51,776 nucleotides of DNA from Elusimicrobiota bacterium (GTDB taxonomy: Bacteria > Elusimicrobiota > Elusimicrobia > Elusimicrobiales > UBA9959). Below the pieces are notes generated by a model. The model was not told the DNA's origin. It was given only the letters and a program-made list of their open reading frames with translations, and did not search any database. Position numbers and translations under genes: made by a program. Below, piece by piece: positions 1 to 8,606 of this stretch (positions are counted from its first letter, which is position 1; every line of letters starts with the position of its first letter). The stretch spans positions 1 through 51,776 of the forward strand of contig DAIENX010000100.1 in assembly GCA_027340875.1 (NCBI GenBank). The letters run 5' to 3'.

Positions 1-140
1 GCACCGACTTCGCCACGGTAACCAAAGATCAGGTAAAACGAGTAGAATATCTGCTAAACACACGGCCGCGGAAATGTCTGGACTACAGGACCCCGGCCGA
101 AGTTTTTAAGCAGGGTGTTGCACTTCGCGGTTGAATCCGG
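1..140 (+). mobile_element. Right end of an IS30-family insertion sequence (truncated by window start)
   Basis: Frame from nt 3 reads TDFATVTKDQVKRVEYLLNTRPRKCLDYRTPAEVFKQGVALRG*, matching the IS30 transposase C-terminal LNxRPRKxLxYxTPxE...VAL signature. The stop lies within GGTGTTGCACTT..TTGAATCC, which resembles IS30-family right inverted repeats. Confidence 0.88.
3..134 (+). CDS. IS30-family transposase, C-terminal fragment (5' partial)
   Basis: Manual translation (not in ORF track); LNTRPRKCLDYRTPAEVF motif; TGA at 132-134. Confidence 0.88.
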   Translation, partial: TDFATVTKDQVKRVEYLLNTRPRKCLDYRTPAEVFKQGVALRG

Positions 141-245
141 CGCGGGAAAAAAATAAATTTAAAATTTATTTTTCCGTCGGAAAAACTGCGGGAAACAAAG
201 GCGCTAGCGGATATTTCTTGCGCCAATTTTTCCCGCGGGAAAATT

Positions 246-322
246 TGGCGGCCCCTACGGGATTCGAACCCGTGATCTCTGCCTTGAGAGGGCAGCGTCC
301 TAGGCCGCTAGACGAAGGGGCC
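246..322 (-). tRNA. tRNA-Glu(CTC), CCA encoded
   Basis: Reverse complement GGCCCCTTCGTCTAGCGGCCTAGGACGCTGCC-CTCTCAA-GGCAG...GGTTCGAATCCCGTAGGGGCCGCCA folds as a cloverleaf with anticodon CTC. Confidence 0.97.
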
Positions 323-332
323 GTATCTACAG

Positions 333-341
333 ATTATAGCA
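333..341 (-). promoter_or_regulatory. Extended -10 promoter (TGC-TATAAT) for tRNA-Glu
   Basis: Minus strand reads TTGCTATAAT, 10 nt upstream of the tRNA 5' end. Confidence 0.65.
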
Positions 342-415
342 AATTTCGGCCTGCGGCCGAATCGAACCGGGTGGGCCGGCCGCCGGCAACGCTTTTCAGG
401 GCTATGTAAATCTTC

Positions 416-487
416 AGCCGACTATCGGATTCGAACCGATGACCTACTGTTTACAAAACAGTTGCTCTACCGCTGAGCTAAGTCGGC
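416..487 (-). tRNA. tRNA-Thr(TGT), CCA not encoded
   Basis: Reverse complement GCCGACTTAGCTCAGCGGTAGAGCA-ACTGT-TTTGTAA-ACAGT-AGGTCATCGGTTCGAATCCGATAGTCGGCT, followed by GAA. Confidence 0.96.
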
Positions 488-644
488 GTTTCCTGTACAA
501 TTTTACTAAATTCGGGCCCTTGGGGATGGCGCTGATGTCCGCCCGGGCGCCCGCGGCGTGTGCTGCCGGCCGCCGGCCGGCGGAGAGGGGGGCCAAGTAT
601 TAAAAATTTGCCGCAGGCCCGGTTGTTTCCTACAATTTGTCAAT

Positions 645-1322
645 ATGAGATGCTTTATATTCGCTGTCATGACCTTTTCCGCGGGCCTGTCCTGGGCCGG
701 CGGCGCCTCTTTGGTGGGCACGTGGCTTAAGGACGGCGGCGTGTTCGCCGAATTGCGGTCCGACGGTACCGGCCGTATAGACCAGGACCAGGTCTCCTGG
801 AAGGCGGACGGAAAGCGGCTTTTGATCTCCTACGGGGACGGGGGGACCGAGCTGTTCTCTTACCGGCTGGACGGCCCGCTCCTGCGCGTTACCGTGGACG
901 GCGAGGTGATGACGCTGAAGCGGGCGGATGGCGTTAAGACCGAGAAGGCCAAGCCCGGAAAAAAGACGGAGAAAGCGGCGGCCTCAAAGGACAGGCTGTC
1001 GGAGCTGCTGCTCTCCTCCGCCTGGTGCTCTTTTACCTATAACGAGAGGACCGGCGCCTCCCATCAGTCGCGCGTGGTCTTCCGCGGGGACGGGACCTGG
1101 TCTTCCGGGGCGCGCGGGGAAACGTATTCCAGCGGGAAGTACGGGACCGTGTCCGGCCAGTCCGATTCCGGAGACGGCGGGCTCTGGCGCGCGCAGGGCG
1201 GCCGGTTGCTGCTGTCCCAGGGCGCCGGGCCGCTGGAGGACGCGGGCCTTGGCGTCAAGCTCAATTCCAACGGCTATCCGATACTCACCGCCGGGGGCAG
1301 GGAATACTCGCAGTGTCGTTAG
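645..1322 (+). CDS. Secreted hypothetical protein with two small beta-rich domains joined by a Lys-rich linker
   Basis: Signal peptide MRCFIFAVMTFSAGLSWA; LVGTW...DGTG and FRGDGTW lipocalin-like strands; TACAAT 8 nt upstream of ATG. Confidence 0.7.
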   Translation: MRCFIFAVMTFSAGLSWAGGASLVGTWLKDGGVFAELRSDGTGRIDQDQVSWKADGKRLLISYGDGGTELFSYRLDGPLLRVTVDGEVMTLKRADGVKTEKAKPGKKTEKAAASKDRLSELLLSSAWCSFTYNERTGASHQSRVVFRGDGTWSSGARGETYSSGKYGTVSGQSDSGDGGLWRAQGGRLLLSQGAGPLEDAGLGVKLNSNGYPILTAGGREYSQCR

Positions 1323-1337
1323 GCGGCGTTCCCCGGA

Positions 1338-1991
1338 CTATTCTCCCGAGGCGGCGGACATGGACTCCTTGAGCTTGGACTCCATGATCTTGCCATAGCG
1401 CTCGGCCTTCTTCTCCAGCTCCTTCGAGAACTGCTTGTAAAAATCCGACTTCTGGTCGCTGGTGCGGCTGTATTTCTTCAGCAGCTGCTTGCGCTCCGCG
1501 GAGAGTGACTTGACGGCGGCCTTGACTGCCTTTTTGTCGGAGCCTTTCTTGGCCTCCTCTATCGCGGCGTCCTTGCCGTCTATCTGCTTCTGTATGGCGG
1601 ACAGGCTCTCCTTGAAGTCCGCTGCCTTGGTCTCCATCTGCGTCAGCCAGGGCTCCAGCTCCGAGAGTATGGTTTTGTAGCCCTCCGGCATGGGCCTGAA
1701 GCAATGGGGACAGGCCTCCGGGCGCGCGGGTTTGGTCTGCTCGGTGGCCGGAGCCGTCGGCGCGGGGGCGGGCTGCTCCTGCTTCCGGGGCTGAGCGGCC
1801 TCCTGCGGAGCCGCGGCCTCGGCTTTCGGCTGCTGGGCTTCGGCAATGGCCGTAGCGGCCGGCTGTTCCGCGGCCAGGGCCGGGGCTTCCGCCGCCGGTT
1901 GCCGGGGCGGCTGTTCGTCCTGCGCGAAGGCCGGCTTGAACGCCAGGCCCTGGAAGATCAATGCCGAGAAAATTATGGCTGAGAATTTCAT
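1338..1991 (-). CDS. Secreted hypothetical protein: Pro/Ala/Gln linker, CPHC motif, Lys/Glu coiled coil
   Basis: Signal peptide MKFSAIIFSALIFQGLAFKPAFA; heptad-like C-terminal half. Confidence 0.75.
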   Translation of the reverse strand: MKFSAIIFSALIFQGLAFKPAFAQDEQPPRQPAAEAPALAAEQPAATAIAEAQQPKAEAAAPQEAAQPRKQEQPAPAPTAPATEQTKPARPEACPHCFRPMPEGYKTILSELEPWLTQMETKAADFKESLSAIQKQIDGKDAAIEEAKKGSDKKAVKAAVKSLSAERKQLLKKYSRTSDQKSDFYKQFSKELEKKAERYGKIMESKLKESMSAASGE

Positions 1992-2090
1992 TTTTGGCTC
2001 CGTGACCGCTGTTGTCTGGCGGCGCAAACCCGCCTGCGGACATCATATAAAAAAAGCGGCCGGGCCGGCGTCGCGCGGGGGGCCGGGGGA

Positions 2091-2121
2091 CGAAGAACCC
2101 CGCCGGGGGCGGGGTTCTTCG
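2091..2121. terminator. Perfect 14-bp hairpin downstream of the barstar-like gene
   Basis: CGAAGAACCCCGCC-GGG-GGCGGGGTTCTTCG. Confidence 0.5.
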
Positions 2122-2139
2122 GGCGGGAAGCGTTGCCGC

Positions 2140-2691
2140 TTACGGCACGAAGGCGAACTTGATGCTGACGGAGCTGCGGCTCCAGTCGCGGGTGCTCTGG
2201 CAGATGAACTGGGCAACGTCGCGGAAGTCCGCGTAGAGCTTCTCGTCGGCCCGGCGCATCTTGTCGGAGCCGCGCACCATGATGAGCAGCTTGCTGGTCC
2301 GCAGCATGGCGGGCAGGTCGCCCAGGTCATCGATGAAGGCGTCCCAGTTCTCAGGTACCTCGGGCAGGCCGAGCCTCTGGGCGGCGTGGGAGAGCAGCTT
2401 CGCCTTGGTGGTCATCTGGGAGCCGTCCAGCGTCAGCACCGTGTAGCCGTTGGCGGCCGCGTAGGAGGCAAGGACGTAGGAGTAGTTGGGCGTGAGGTCC
2501 ATCACGTCAGCGGTCAGGGCCTTCGCGGGCTCCGGGGAAGATGTGACTGGGAGCGGTATGTCGGCCCGGACGGTCCGGACGGACTCTACGCCGGCGGCGG
2601 CGCCAAGCGCGGTTATGGCCGAAGGGGCAGCCGAGAAGGCGGACCCGGTGACGAACATAGAGACAGCGATAGCGTAAACGAACTTATTCAT
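2140..2691 (-). CDS. Barstar (barnase inhibitor) family protein with N-terminal signal peptide
   Basis: LDGSQMTTKAKLLSHAAQRLGLPEVPENWDAFIDDLGDL matches the barstar LDG..i..k..l...la..l.fP....NWDAl.D.L.Dl pattern; GGAGG Shine-Dalgarno. Confidence 0.8.
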   Translation of the reverse strand: MNKFVYAIAVSMFVTGSAFSAAPSAITALGAAAGVESVRTVRADIPLPVTSSPEPAKALTADVMDLTPNYSYVLASYAAANGYTVLTLDGSQMTTKAKLLSHAAQRLGLPEVPENWDAFIDDLGDLPAMLRTSKLLIMVRGSDKMRRADEKLYADFRDVAQFICQSTRDWSRSSVSIKFAFVP

Positions 2692-2931
2692 AGCATAAGC
2701 CTCCGAAATATAGATTCTATATTCCCGATACTTTGTGCCAGTTCCAGTTAGGTGGGAGGAAACTTAGCGCGCCTTCCGCTGTTATCTTGGAAGGACATCA
2801 CCGGACGCGTGGCCTTGGGTATTTTTGAACACGCGGACGGCTTGTAAGATACGGTTACTACCCTTATATTATACCAAAAAGCCGGCTTCCGGGTGAAGGC
2901 CCTATGTTATAATGGGTTAGGAGGAGGGGAT

Positions 2932-3438
2932 ATGAAAAAAATAGCGATGTTCATAGCTTTTCAGGGTTTCAGGGACGAGGAGTACATAGAGCCGAAGAAG
3001 GCGCTGGAGGCGGCCGGCCACAAGGTTACAACGGTTTCCACGGCCAAGGGTGAGGCAAGGGGCAAGTTCCGCGCCACCGCGCAGGTGGACCGGACCATAG
3101 CCGAGATAGATCCGGCCGAATACGACGCTCTGACGCTGGTGGGCGGTCCCGGCGCTCTGGAGCACCTGGACAAGCCGGCGGTGCACGAGCTTTTCCGCAA
3201 GGCTGAGGCGGCCGGCAAGCTGATAGGCGCCATCTGCATCTCCCCGGTGGTGCTGGCCCACGCGGGCCTGCTGAAGGGCAGGACCGTGACCTGCTGGCCG
3301 GACGGGGAGTCCGATGTGGTCAAGGGCGGCGGGAAATACACCGGCGCCGAGCTGGAGACGGACGGCAGGCTTATAACCGCTAACGGGCCGGTTCCCGCGA
3401 GGAAGTACGGCCAGGCGCTGGTGGAAGCCCTTAAATAA
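2932..3438 (+). CDS. DJ-1/PfpI family protein
   Basis: GFRDEE, YDALTLVGGPG, GAICISP nucleophile elbow, LITANGP; AGGAGG SD and TGTTATAAT upstream. Confidence 0.93.
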   Translation: MKKIAMFIAFQGFRDEEYIEPKKALEAAGHKVTTVSTAKGEARGKFRATAQVDRTIAEIDPAEYDALTLVGGPGALEHLDKPAVHELFRKAEAAGKLIGAICISPVVLAHAGLLKGRTVTCWPDGESDVVKGGGKYTGAELETDGRLITANGPVPARKYGQALVEALK

Positions 3439-3440
3439 GG

Positions 3441-4688
3441 TTAGGCCCGGAGCGGGCCGCCGAAGACGGACCTGAAGTCGCTCCAGAAACCCGGGTATGA
3501 TTTGTCCACGCAGCCCGGGTTCTCTATTTTGAGGGACGGGCAGGCGGCCGAGGCGGCGGCGGCCGCCATGGCTATGCGATGGTCGCTGAAGGTGTCCACG
3601 GGGGCCGCCGCGCGTAGCTTGTTCCCTCCGGCGATGATAAGCGCGCCTTTTTTGTATTCCGCCGCGGCGCCGAGCGAGGCCAGCAGGGCCATCGTGGACT
3701 TTACCCTGTCGGATTCCTTTGTTTTCAACCCTTCTATGCCGGTTATGCGGGTGACGCCCTTGGCCGCGGCGGCCAGCACGGCCAGCAGCGGTACCTCGTC
3801 TATCAGCGCGGGAATATCCTTGGGGGCCAGCTTGGCCGCTTTCAGGGAAGAAGGCAGTACTTCGATATCGCCGCAGGGCTCGGGGAAACAGTTCCCCTGC
3901 TTTATCCTTATTTTCGCGCCCATGGAAACGAGCGTTTTGATAAAGCCCAGCCTGGTGGGATTCAGTCCGCAGCCTTCTATCTTCAGCGGTTCTTTTTTCA
4001 GCAGGGCGGCGGCTATCAGCGGGGCGGCGGAGGAGATGTCGCCGGGCACGGCGAGCGGCCTGGCGGTCAGGCGGCCGGGCTGCAGCAGTACGCGGCCGGC
4101 TTTGGAGGACAATCGGGCACCCATCAGCGCGAGCAGGCGCTCCGTGTGGTCGCGTGTAGGGAACTTCTCCTTCACTTCTACCGGGCCGGAAGCGTAGAGG
4201 CCGGCCAGCAGCAGGGCGGATTTTACCTGCGCGCTGGTCACGCCGCTCACTCTGGAACCCCTGAGCTTTGCGGGCTTTATGGTCAGCGGCAGCAGGCCTT
4301 TGGAGGTCCCGACCTTAGCGCCCAGCTTCTTCAGAGCTTCGGCCGCCGGGGCCATAGGCCGCTTCAGCAGCGTGCCGCGGCCCGTGATGACGGAGGGGAA
4401 ATCCTGGCCGGCCAGCAGCCCGGCCAGCAGGCGCGCGAGCGCGGCCGATTCGCCGGCGTCCAGCGGACCGGCCGGCTTCTTCAGGCCGGTCAGGCCGCGG
4501 CCTTCCACTATCAGCGCGTTGCCGTCGCGGCAATGCCGGACCCCGAGGGTCTCCAGGCAGGCCAGAGCGGCCTCGGTGTCGGCGCAGAAAAGCGGGTTCT
4601 CCACCCGCGCCGGGCCGTCCGCCACGGCGCCAAGAAGCAGCGCGCGTATGGTGACGGACTTGTCGGGCGGGGGGGCGTAGGACTTCAT
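3441..4688 (-). CDS. aroA: 3-phosphoshikimate 1-carboxyvinyltransferase (EPSP synthase)
   Basis: PDKS, RPM, SAQVKSALLLAGL, RDHTER, PGDISSA, KESDR and DHRIAM motifs. Confidence 0.95.
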   Translation of the reverse strand: MKSYAPPPDKSVTIRALLLGAVADGPARVENPLFCADTEAALACLETLGVRHCRDGNALIVEGRGLTGLKKPAGPLDAGESAALARLLAGLLAGQDFPSVITGRGTLLKRPMAPAAEALKKLGAKVGTSKGLLPLTIKPAKLRGSRVSGVTSAQVKSALLLAGLYASGPVEVKEKFPTRDHTERLLALMGARLSSKAGRVLLQPGRLTARPLAVPGDISSAAPLIAAALLKKEPLKIEGCGLNPTRLGFIKTLVSMGAKIRIKQGNCFPEPCGDIEVLPSSLKAAKLAPKDIPALIDEVPLLAVLAAAAKGVTRITGIEGLKTKESDRVKSTMALLASLGAAAEYKKGALIIAGGNKLRAAAPVDTFSDHRIAMAAAAASAACPSLKIENPGCVDKSYPGFWSDFRSVFGGPLRA

Positions 4689-5125
4689 TTTTTCTTCGGC
4701 GGCAGCGAAAGGCAATAGTCCAGCGCCTTGAAATAGGAGCGCCGGCCCTCGCCCTTGAACTGCGCCAGGCATACCGGCTTTATCACGGATATCCTGCGGA
4801 ACGGCTCGCGCTTTGCGATGTCGCTCAGGTGCACTTCTATGGCCGGCAGGCCCAGCGCCTCGATGGCGTCCCGGATGGCGTAGCTGTAATGGGTGTAGGC
4901 GCCGGGGTTGATGACCAGCGCGTCGGCCCAGCCGGAGTTGGCCGTGAGCAGGTCTATGATCTTCCCCTCGGAATTGCTCTGGAAGATGCGGACCTTCTGG
5001 CCGAGCCCGGCGGCGTGCCCGCGTATGGCCGCGTCAAGCTGTTTCAGCGTGGCGCTGCCGTAGATCTCCGGAGCGCGCCGGCCAAGCAGATGCAGGTTCG
5101 GGCCGTGTATGACGAGCACGTTCAT
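4685..5125 (-). CDS. aroQ: Type II 3-dehydroquinate dehydratase
   Basis: GPNLHLLGRRAPEIYG, QSNSEG, INPGAYTHYSYAIRDA, EVHLS...REPFR. Confidence 0.96.
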   Translation of the reverse strand: MNVLVIHGPNLHLLGRRAPEIYGSATLKQLDAAIRGHAAGLGQKVRIFQSNSEGKIIDLLTANSGWADALVINPGAYTHYSYAIRDAIEALGLPAIEVHLSDIAKREPFRRISVIKPVCLAQFKGEGRRSYFKALDYCLSLPPKKK

Positions 5126-6210
5126 TTCAGGGCTCCTTCGAAGGCTTTCTTTAGCAGCGGGGCGTCCAGGTCCTCGGCGGGCGCCAGGCGGCCGGGGCCG
5201 GCTATCAGCACGAAGCGGTTGGAGGCGCCGCGGGCCTTCTTGTCGCGCGAGACCAGCGAGAGGAAATGGCGGAAGTCCTTCCTGACCCGGGCCGGCTTCA
5301 GGCGCAGCGCGTCCACCATGGCGTCGAGCCGGGCGAAGTCGGCGCGCCGGAGTATGCCGGTCTCCAGCGAGGCTGTCAGCGCGAAGCGTATGCCGCGCGC
5401 GACGGCCTCGCCGTGCGGCAGCTTCCCGCCGGCCATGGCCTCGAAGGCGTGCCCGGCGGTGTGGCCGAAGTTGAGCGCCTCGCGCACGCCGAGCTCGTCG
5501 TGTTCGTCGCGGGCCACGAGCTTCAGCTTGTAGGCCGCGCAGGCGCTGACGCAGGCGGTGAGGGCCGCCTTGTCGCCGGCCAGAGTGCCGGAGAGGTTCT
5601 TCCTGACGGTGTCGTAGAGCGCGGAGGGGCCTATCATCGCGTACTTGACCAGCTCTCCGGCGCCGCTGCGAAGCTCGGAGTGCGGCAACGAGTCCAGGAA
5701 GGCCGTGTCGCAGACGGCCAGCGCCGGCTGGTGGAAGGCGCCGGCTATGTTCTTGGCGCCGCCGAGGTTCACCGCCGTCTTGCCGCCGAGCCCCGCGTCT
5801 ATCTGGCCGAGGAAAGAGGTGGGAACGCTGACCCAGCGTATGCCGCGCATGTAGATGGAAGCCGCGAAGCCGGCCAGGTCGGTGACCGCCCCGCCGCCCG
5901 CCGCGATAAGCAGCGAGCTGCGTGAAAAACCCTCGTCGAAAAGAAAAGAGGCTAGCCGGCCGGCTTCTTCGAGGGTCTTGGCCTTTTCCGAAGGGGGCAG
6001 CCAGTAGTAGGAATGGGGCCGCGCTTTCTCTGGGAACAGCGCCAGCGTCCGGGCCCGCAGGCTGGGCGGCGCGTCCGAGCCGGTCACCACGCAGATCCTG
6101 TCGGCCGCGCCGAACAGCTCCGGGAACAGCGCCGGCAGGTCGCGCATGTCGCGGCCGAGCGCCGCTTTCATCGAGGAGCGGCTTTTGAGGGAATAGCTGT
6201 AGGTTTTCAT
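5122..6210 (-). CDS. aroB: 3-dehydroquinate synthase
   Basis: GGGAVTDLAGFAAS..RGI...VPT, DAGLGGKTAVN, KNIAGAFHQP, LNFGHT, HGEAV. Confidence 0.95.
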   Translation of the reverse strand: MKTYSYSLKSRSSMKAALGRDMRDLPALFPELFGAADRICVVTGSDAPPSLRARTLALFPEKARPHSYYWLPPSEKAKTLEEAGRLASFLFDEGFSRSSLLIAAGGGAVTDLAGFAASIYMRGIRWVSVPTSFLGQIDAGLGGKTAVNLGGAKNIAGAFHQPALAVCDTAFLDSLPHSELRSGAGELVKYAMIGPSALYDTVRKNLSGTLAGDKAALTACVSACAAYKLKLVARDEHDELGVREALNFGHTAGHAFEAMAGGKLPHGEAVARGIRFALTASLETGILRRADFARLDAMVDALRLKPARVRKDFRHFLSLVSRDKKARGASNRFVLIAGPGRLAPAEDLDAPLLKKAFEGALK

Positions 6211-6770
6211 GGCAGAAGGTCCTTCTTCCGAAGCGCGGCCTTTATCCTGGCCGCGACGGCTTCCGGCTTTAGCCCGGCGGTGTCTATCGTGACGTCGGCG
6301 CGGCGGTAGTACGGCAGCCTGGCCGCGTGGAGTTTCCCGGCGCGGACGGAGGCTTTTTCCCAGGGGCCGGCCAAGAGCGGCCTGGGGCCGCGCGCCGCCC
6401 TGAGGCGCTTCTCCAGTTCGGTCCAGGGGCAATACAGGAAAACGGTGACTCCGGTGGAGGACAGCAGGCGGGCGCGCCAGCCCGACGGGTAGAAGCCGCC
6501 GCCGAGAGCGACTACCCGGCCGCCTTCCCGGGCCAGCGCCCTGACGGCCGCGGCCTCGGCCGCGCGGAAGGCTGCGAGGCCCTTCTTCCTGATGAACTCC
6601 CCGGCGGACATGCCGGAAGCCAGCCTGACGGCCGCGTCGCTGTCAGAGAAACGGCGGTCCAGCGCGCGCGCGAGGGCCCTGCCGGCCAGCGTCTTGCCGG
6701 AGCACATGAAGCCGGTCAGGTAAATATTACCTACAGCCGGCGAAGTACTTTTCCGGTGCTTTTCCGCCAT
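6207..6770 (-). CDS. aroK: Shikimate kinase
   Basis: NIYLTGFMCSGKT P-loop, DSD, FRAAE, GGG, RPLL; start codon uncertain. Confidence 0.92.
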   Translation of the reverse strand: MAEKHRKSTSPAVGNIYLTGFMCSGKTLAGRALARALDRRFSDSDAAVRLASGMSAGEFIRKKGLAAFRAAEAAAVRALAREGGRVVALGGGFYPSGWRARLLSSTGVTVFLYCPWTELEKRLRAARGPRPLLAGPWEKASVRAGKLHAARLPYYRRADVTIDTAGLKPEAVAARIKAALRKKDLLP

Positions 6771-7753
6771 TCTTCGAGCCGCGCGCTTATCTCGGCGAGC
6801 GAGTCGCCGCCGAACTTCTCCAGCAGCGCCGAGGCCAGCTCCAGGGCCGCGGCGTGCTCTCCGACTACCGCGGCCGCGAAGACGGCGGTAGTGTCCGAAG
6901 TCTTGGAGACGCAAAGCTTCTTCTTGAAGGTACGGAGGTCTGTGGAGAGAACCCCTCCGGGCAGTCCGGGCACCGGCTTGACGGCGCAGCGCAATGTCAG
7001 CGTCCCGCCGTTGGTGATGCCGCCGTCCAGTCCGCCGGACAGTCCCGGCTCGCCGGCGGCCCTGATGCCGCTTTCGGCGGCCAGGCCGAAGCCGCCGCCT
7101 ATCTCGAAGCCTTTCACGCCGTTGATGCCCAGCATCGCCGCTGCCAGGCGCGATCCCAGCCTGCGGTCCCAGTGCATGCAGGAGCCGAGTCCGGCCGGCA
7201 GTCCTTCGGCCGTCACCTCGAAGACCCCTCCGAGCGTATCGCCGGCGCGGCGCGCGCGCAGCAGCTCGGCGGCGGCGGCCGCGGCGCTGAGCGAAGTCAG
7301 GCGGCCGAGAGCCGTCACCCGTGAGTTTATATCTATCCCCAGCTGTTCGGCCAGGCGGCGGGCGAACGAGCCTAGCGCCACCCGCATGGCGGTCTCCCTG
7401 GCGCTGGCGCGCTCGCGCACCAGCACGGCGTCGAGGGCGCCGAACTTCAGCATGCCGGGCAGGTCGGCGTGGCCGGGGCGCGGCAGGCTGGACGGCGCGG
7501 GCAGGGCGCGGCCGGAGTTGAGCAGGGTGACGGCTATCGGCGCGCCGGTGGTGACGCCGCGGCTCAGGCCGGCGGTTATCTCGAAACTGTCGGTCTCTAT
7601 CGTCTGGCGGGCGCTGCGGCCGGGGGCCTGCCTGCGGCGGCGCAGCTGGGCGGCTATGTAGGCCGCGGGAACGCTCACCCCGGCGGGGAAGCCCTCCAGT
7701 ATGCCGGTAAGATATTTGCCGTGCGATTCGCCGGCGGTCAGGTAGCGGAGCAT
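6731..7753 (-). CDS. aroC: Chorismate synthase
   Basis: LRYLTAGESHG, PRPGHADL, ERASARETAMRVA, GGLDGGITNG, KP. Confidence 0.96.
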   Translation of the reverse strand: MLRYLTAGESHGKYLTGILEGFPAGVSVPAAYIAAQLRRRRQAPGRSARQTIETDSFEITAGLSRGVTTGAPIAVTLLNSGRALPAPSSLPRPGHADLPGMLKFGALDAVLVRERASARETAMRVALGSFARRLAEQLGIDINSRVTALGRLTSLSAAAAAAELLRARRAGDTLGGVFEVTAEGLPAGLGSCMHWDRRLGSRLAAAMLGINGVKGFEIGGGFGLAAESGIRAAGEPGLSGGLDGGITNGGTLTLRCAVKPVPGLPGGVLSTDLRTFKKKLCVSKTSDTTAVFAAAVVGEHAAALELASALLEKFGGDSLAEISARLEEWRKSTGKVLRRL

Positions 7754-7757
7754 GTTC

Positions 7758-8606
7758 TCACCCTTCCCGTTGGAGGCCTTCCCTGAACAGCTTTTCGGCC
7801 TTCCTGCTAAATTCTACTATATCGCCCGATGGCAGGCCCGACCAGAAGCGCAGCGACAGCGCCGCCTGGCGCACCAGCAGGCCGATGCCGTCCATGACCA
7901 GCGCTCCGGCCGCTCCGGCGGCCGCCGTGAACTCGGTGCCGCCGGGGGCGTAGGCCAGGTCCGCGCAGAGCGAGCCCCGCGCCGGGGCCGCCGGAGGCCT
8001 GCCCGGGCCGTACATGCCCAGTGGAGTGGCGTTTACCAGAATGTCCGGGGAGTCCTGAGGCGTTTCGAACGGAGCCCAGCCGTAGAGAGTGGCCGGGAAA
8101 GCTTCTGAAAGGCGGGAGACCAGCTCTTCGGCGGCTGTGCGGTTCCTGGCCCTGAACGTGACCGAGGCCGTGGCGGAGCGGCCCAGCGCCCAGCCGGAGG
8201 AGGCGGCCGATCCGCCGGAACCGAAAATGACCGCTTTTTTGCCGCGCGTCTCGAAGCCGGCCTCTTCGACGGCTTGCAGCAGCGCCCGCGCGTCGGTGTT
8301 CAGGCCTTCCAGGCCTGCCCTGCCGAAGCGCACGGCGTTGACGGCGCCGCAGCATTTCGCGGCCGGATCGGCCAGGTCGAGCATGGAGCAGACGGCGCGC
8401 TTGTACGGGATGGTAACGTTGAAACCAGCCCAGCCGTCGGCCTTGAGCGACGGGACCAGCCTGGCCAGGTCTTCCGGCGCGCAGTCCACCGGGCTATAGT
8501 CGATATCCACGCCGATGAGCCCGGCGAAGACCTCGAACACTTCGCGTGAAAGGGACCTGGACAGCGGGTGGCCTATCAGGCCGGCCTTCAACTGCTTTTT
8601 TTGCAT
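7758..8606 (-). CDS. aroE: Shikimate dehydrogenase
   Basis: GHPLSRSLS, GFNVTIPYK, GAVN, NTD, GSGGSA, NATPLGM, DLAY. Confidence 0.94.
   Translation of the reverse strand: MQKKQLKAGLIGHPLSRSLSREVFEVFAGLIGVDIDYSPVDCAPEDLARLVPSLKADGWAGFNVTIPYKRAVCSMLDLADPAAKCCGAVNAVRFGRAGLEGLNTDARALLQAVEEAGFETRGKKAVIFGSGGSAASSGWALGRSATASVTFRARNRTAAEELVSRLSEAFPATLYGWAPFETPQDSPDILVNATPLGMYGPGRPPAAPARGSLCADLAYAPGGTEFTAAAGAAGALVMDGIGLLVRQAALSLRFWSGLPSGDIVEFSRKAEKLFREGLQREG

Noticed and set aside
131..409. 92-aa ORF in the track
   Set aside because: It is antisense to tRNA-Glu (the AAPTGFEPVISALRG stretch is tRNA read backwards) and overlaps the IS end.
416..487. tRNA-Thr lacking CCA as a pseudogene
   Set aside because: The cloverleaf is intact, and CCA-less tRNA genes are common and completed by the CCA-adding enzyme.
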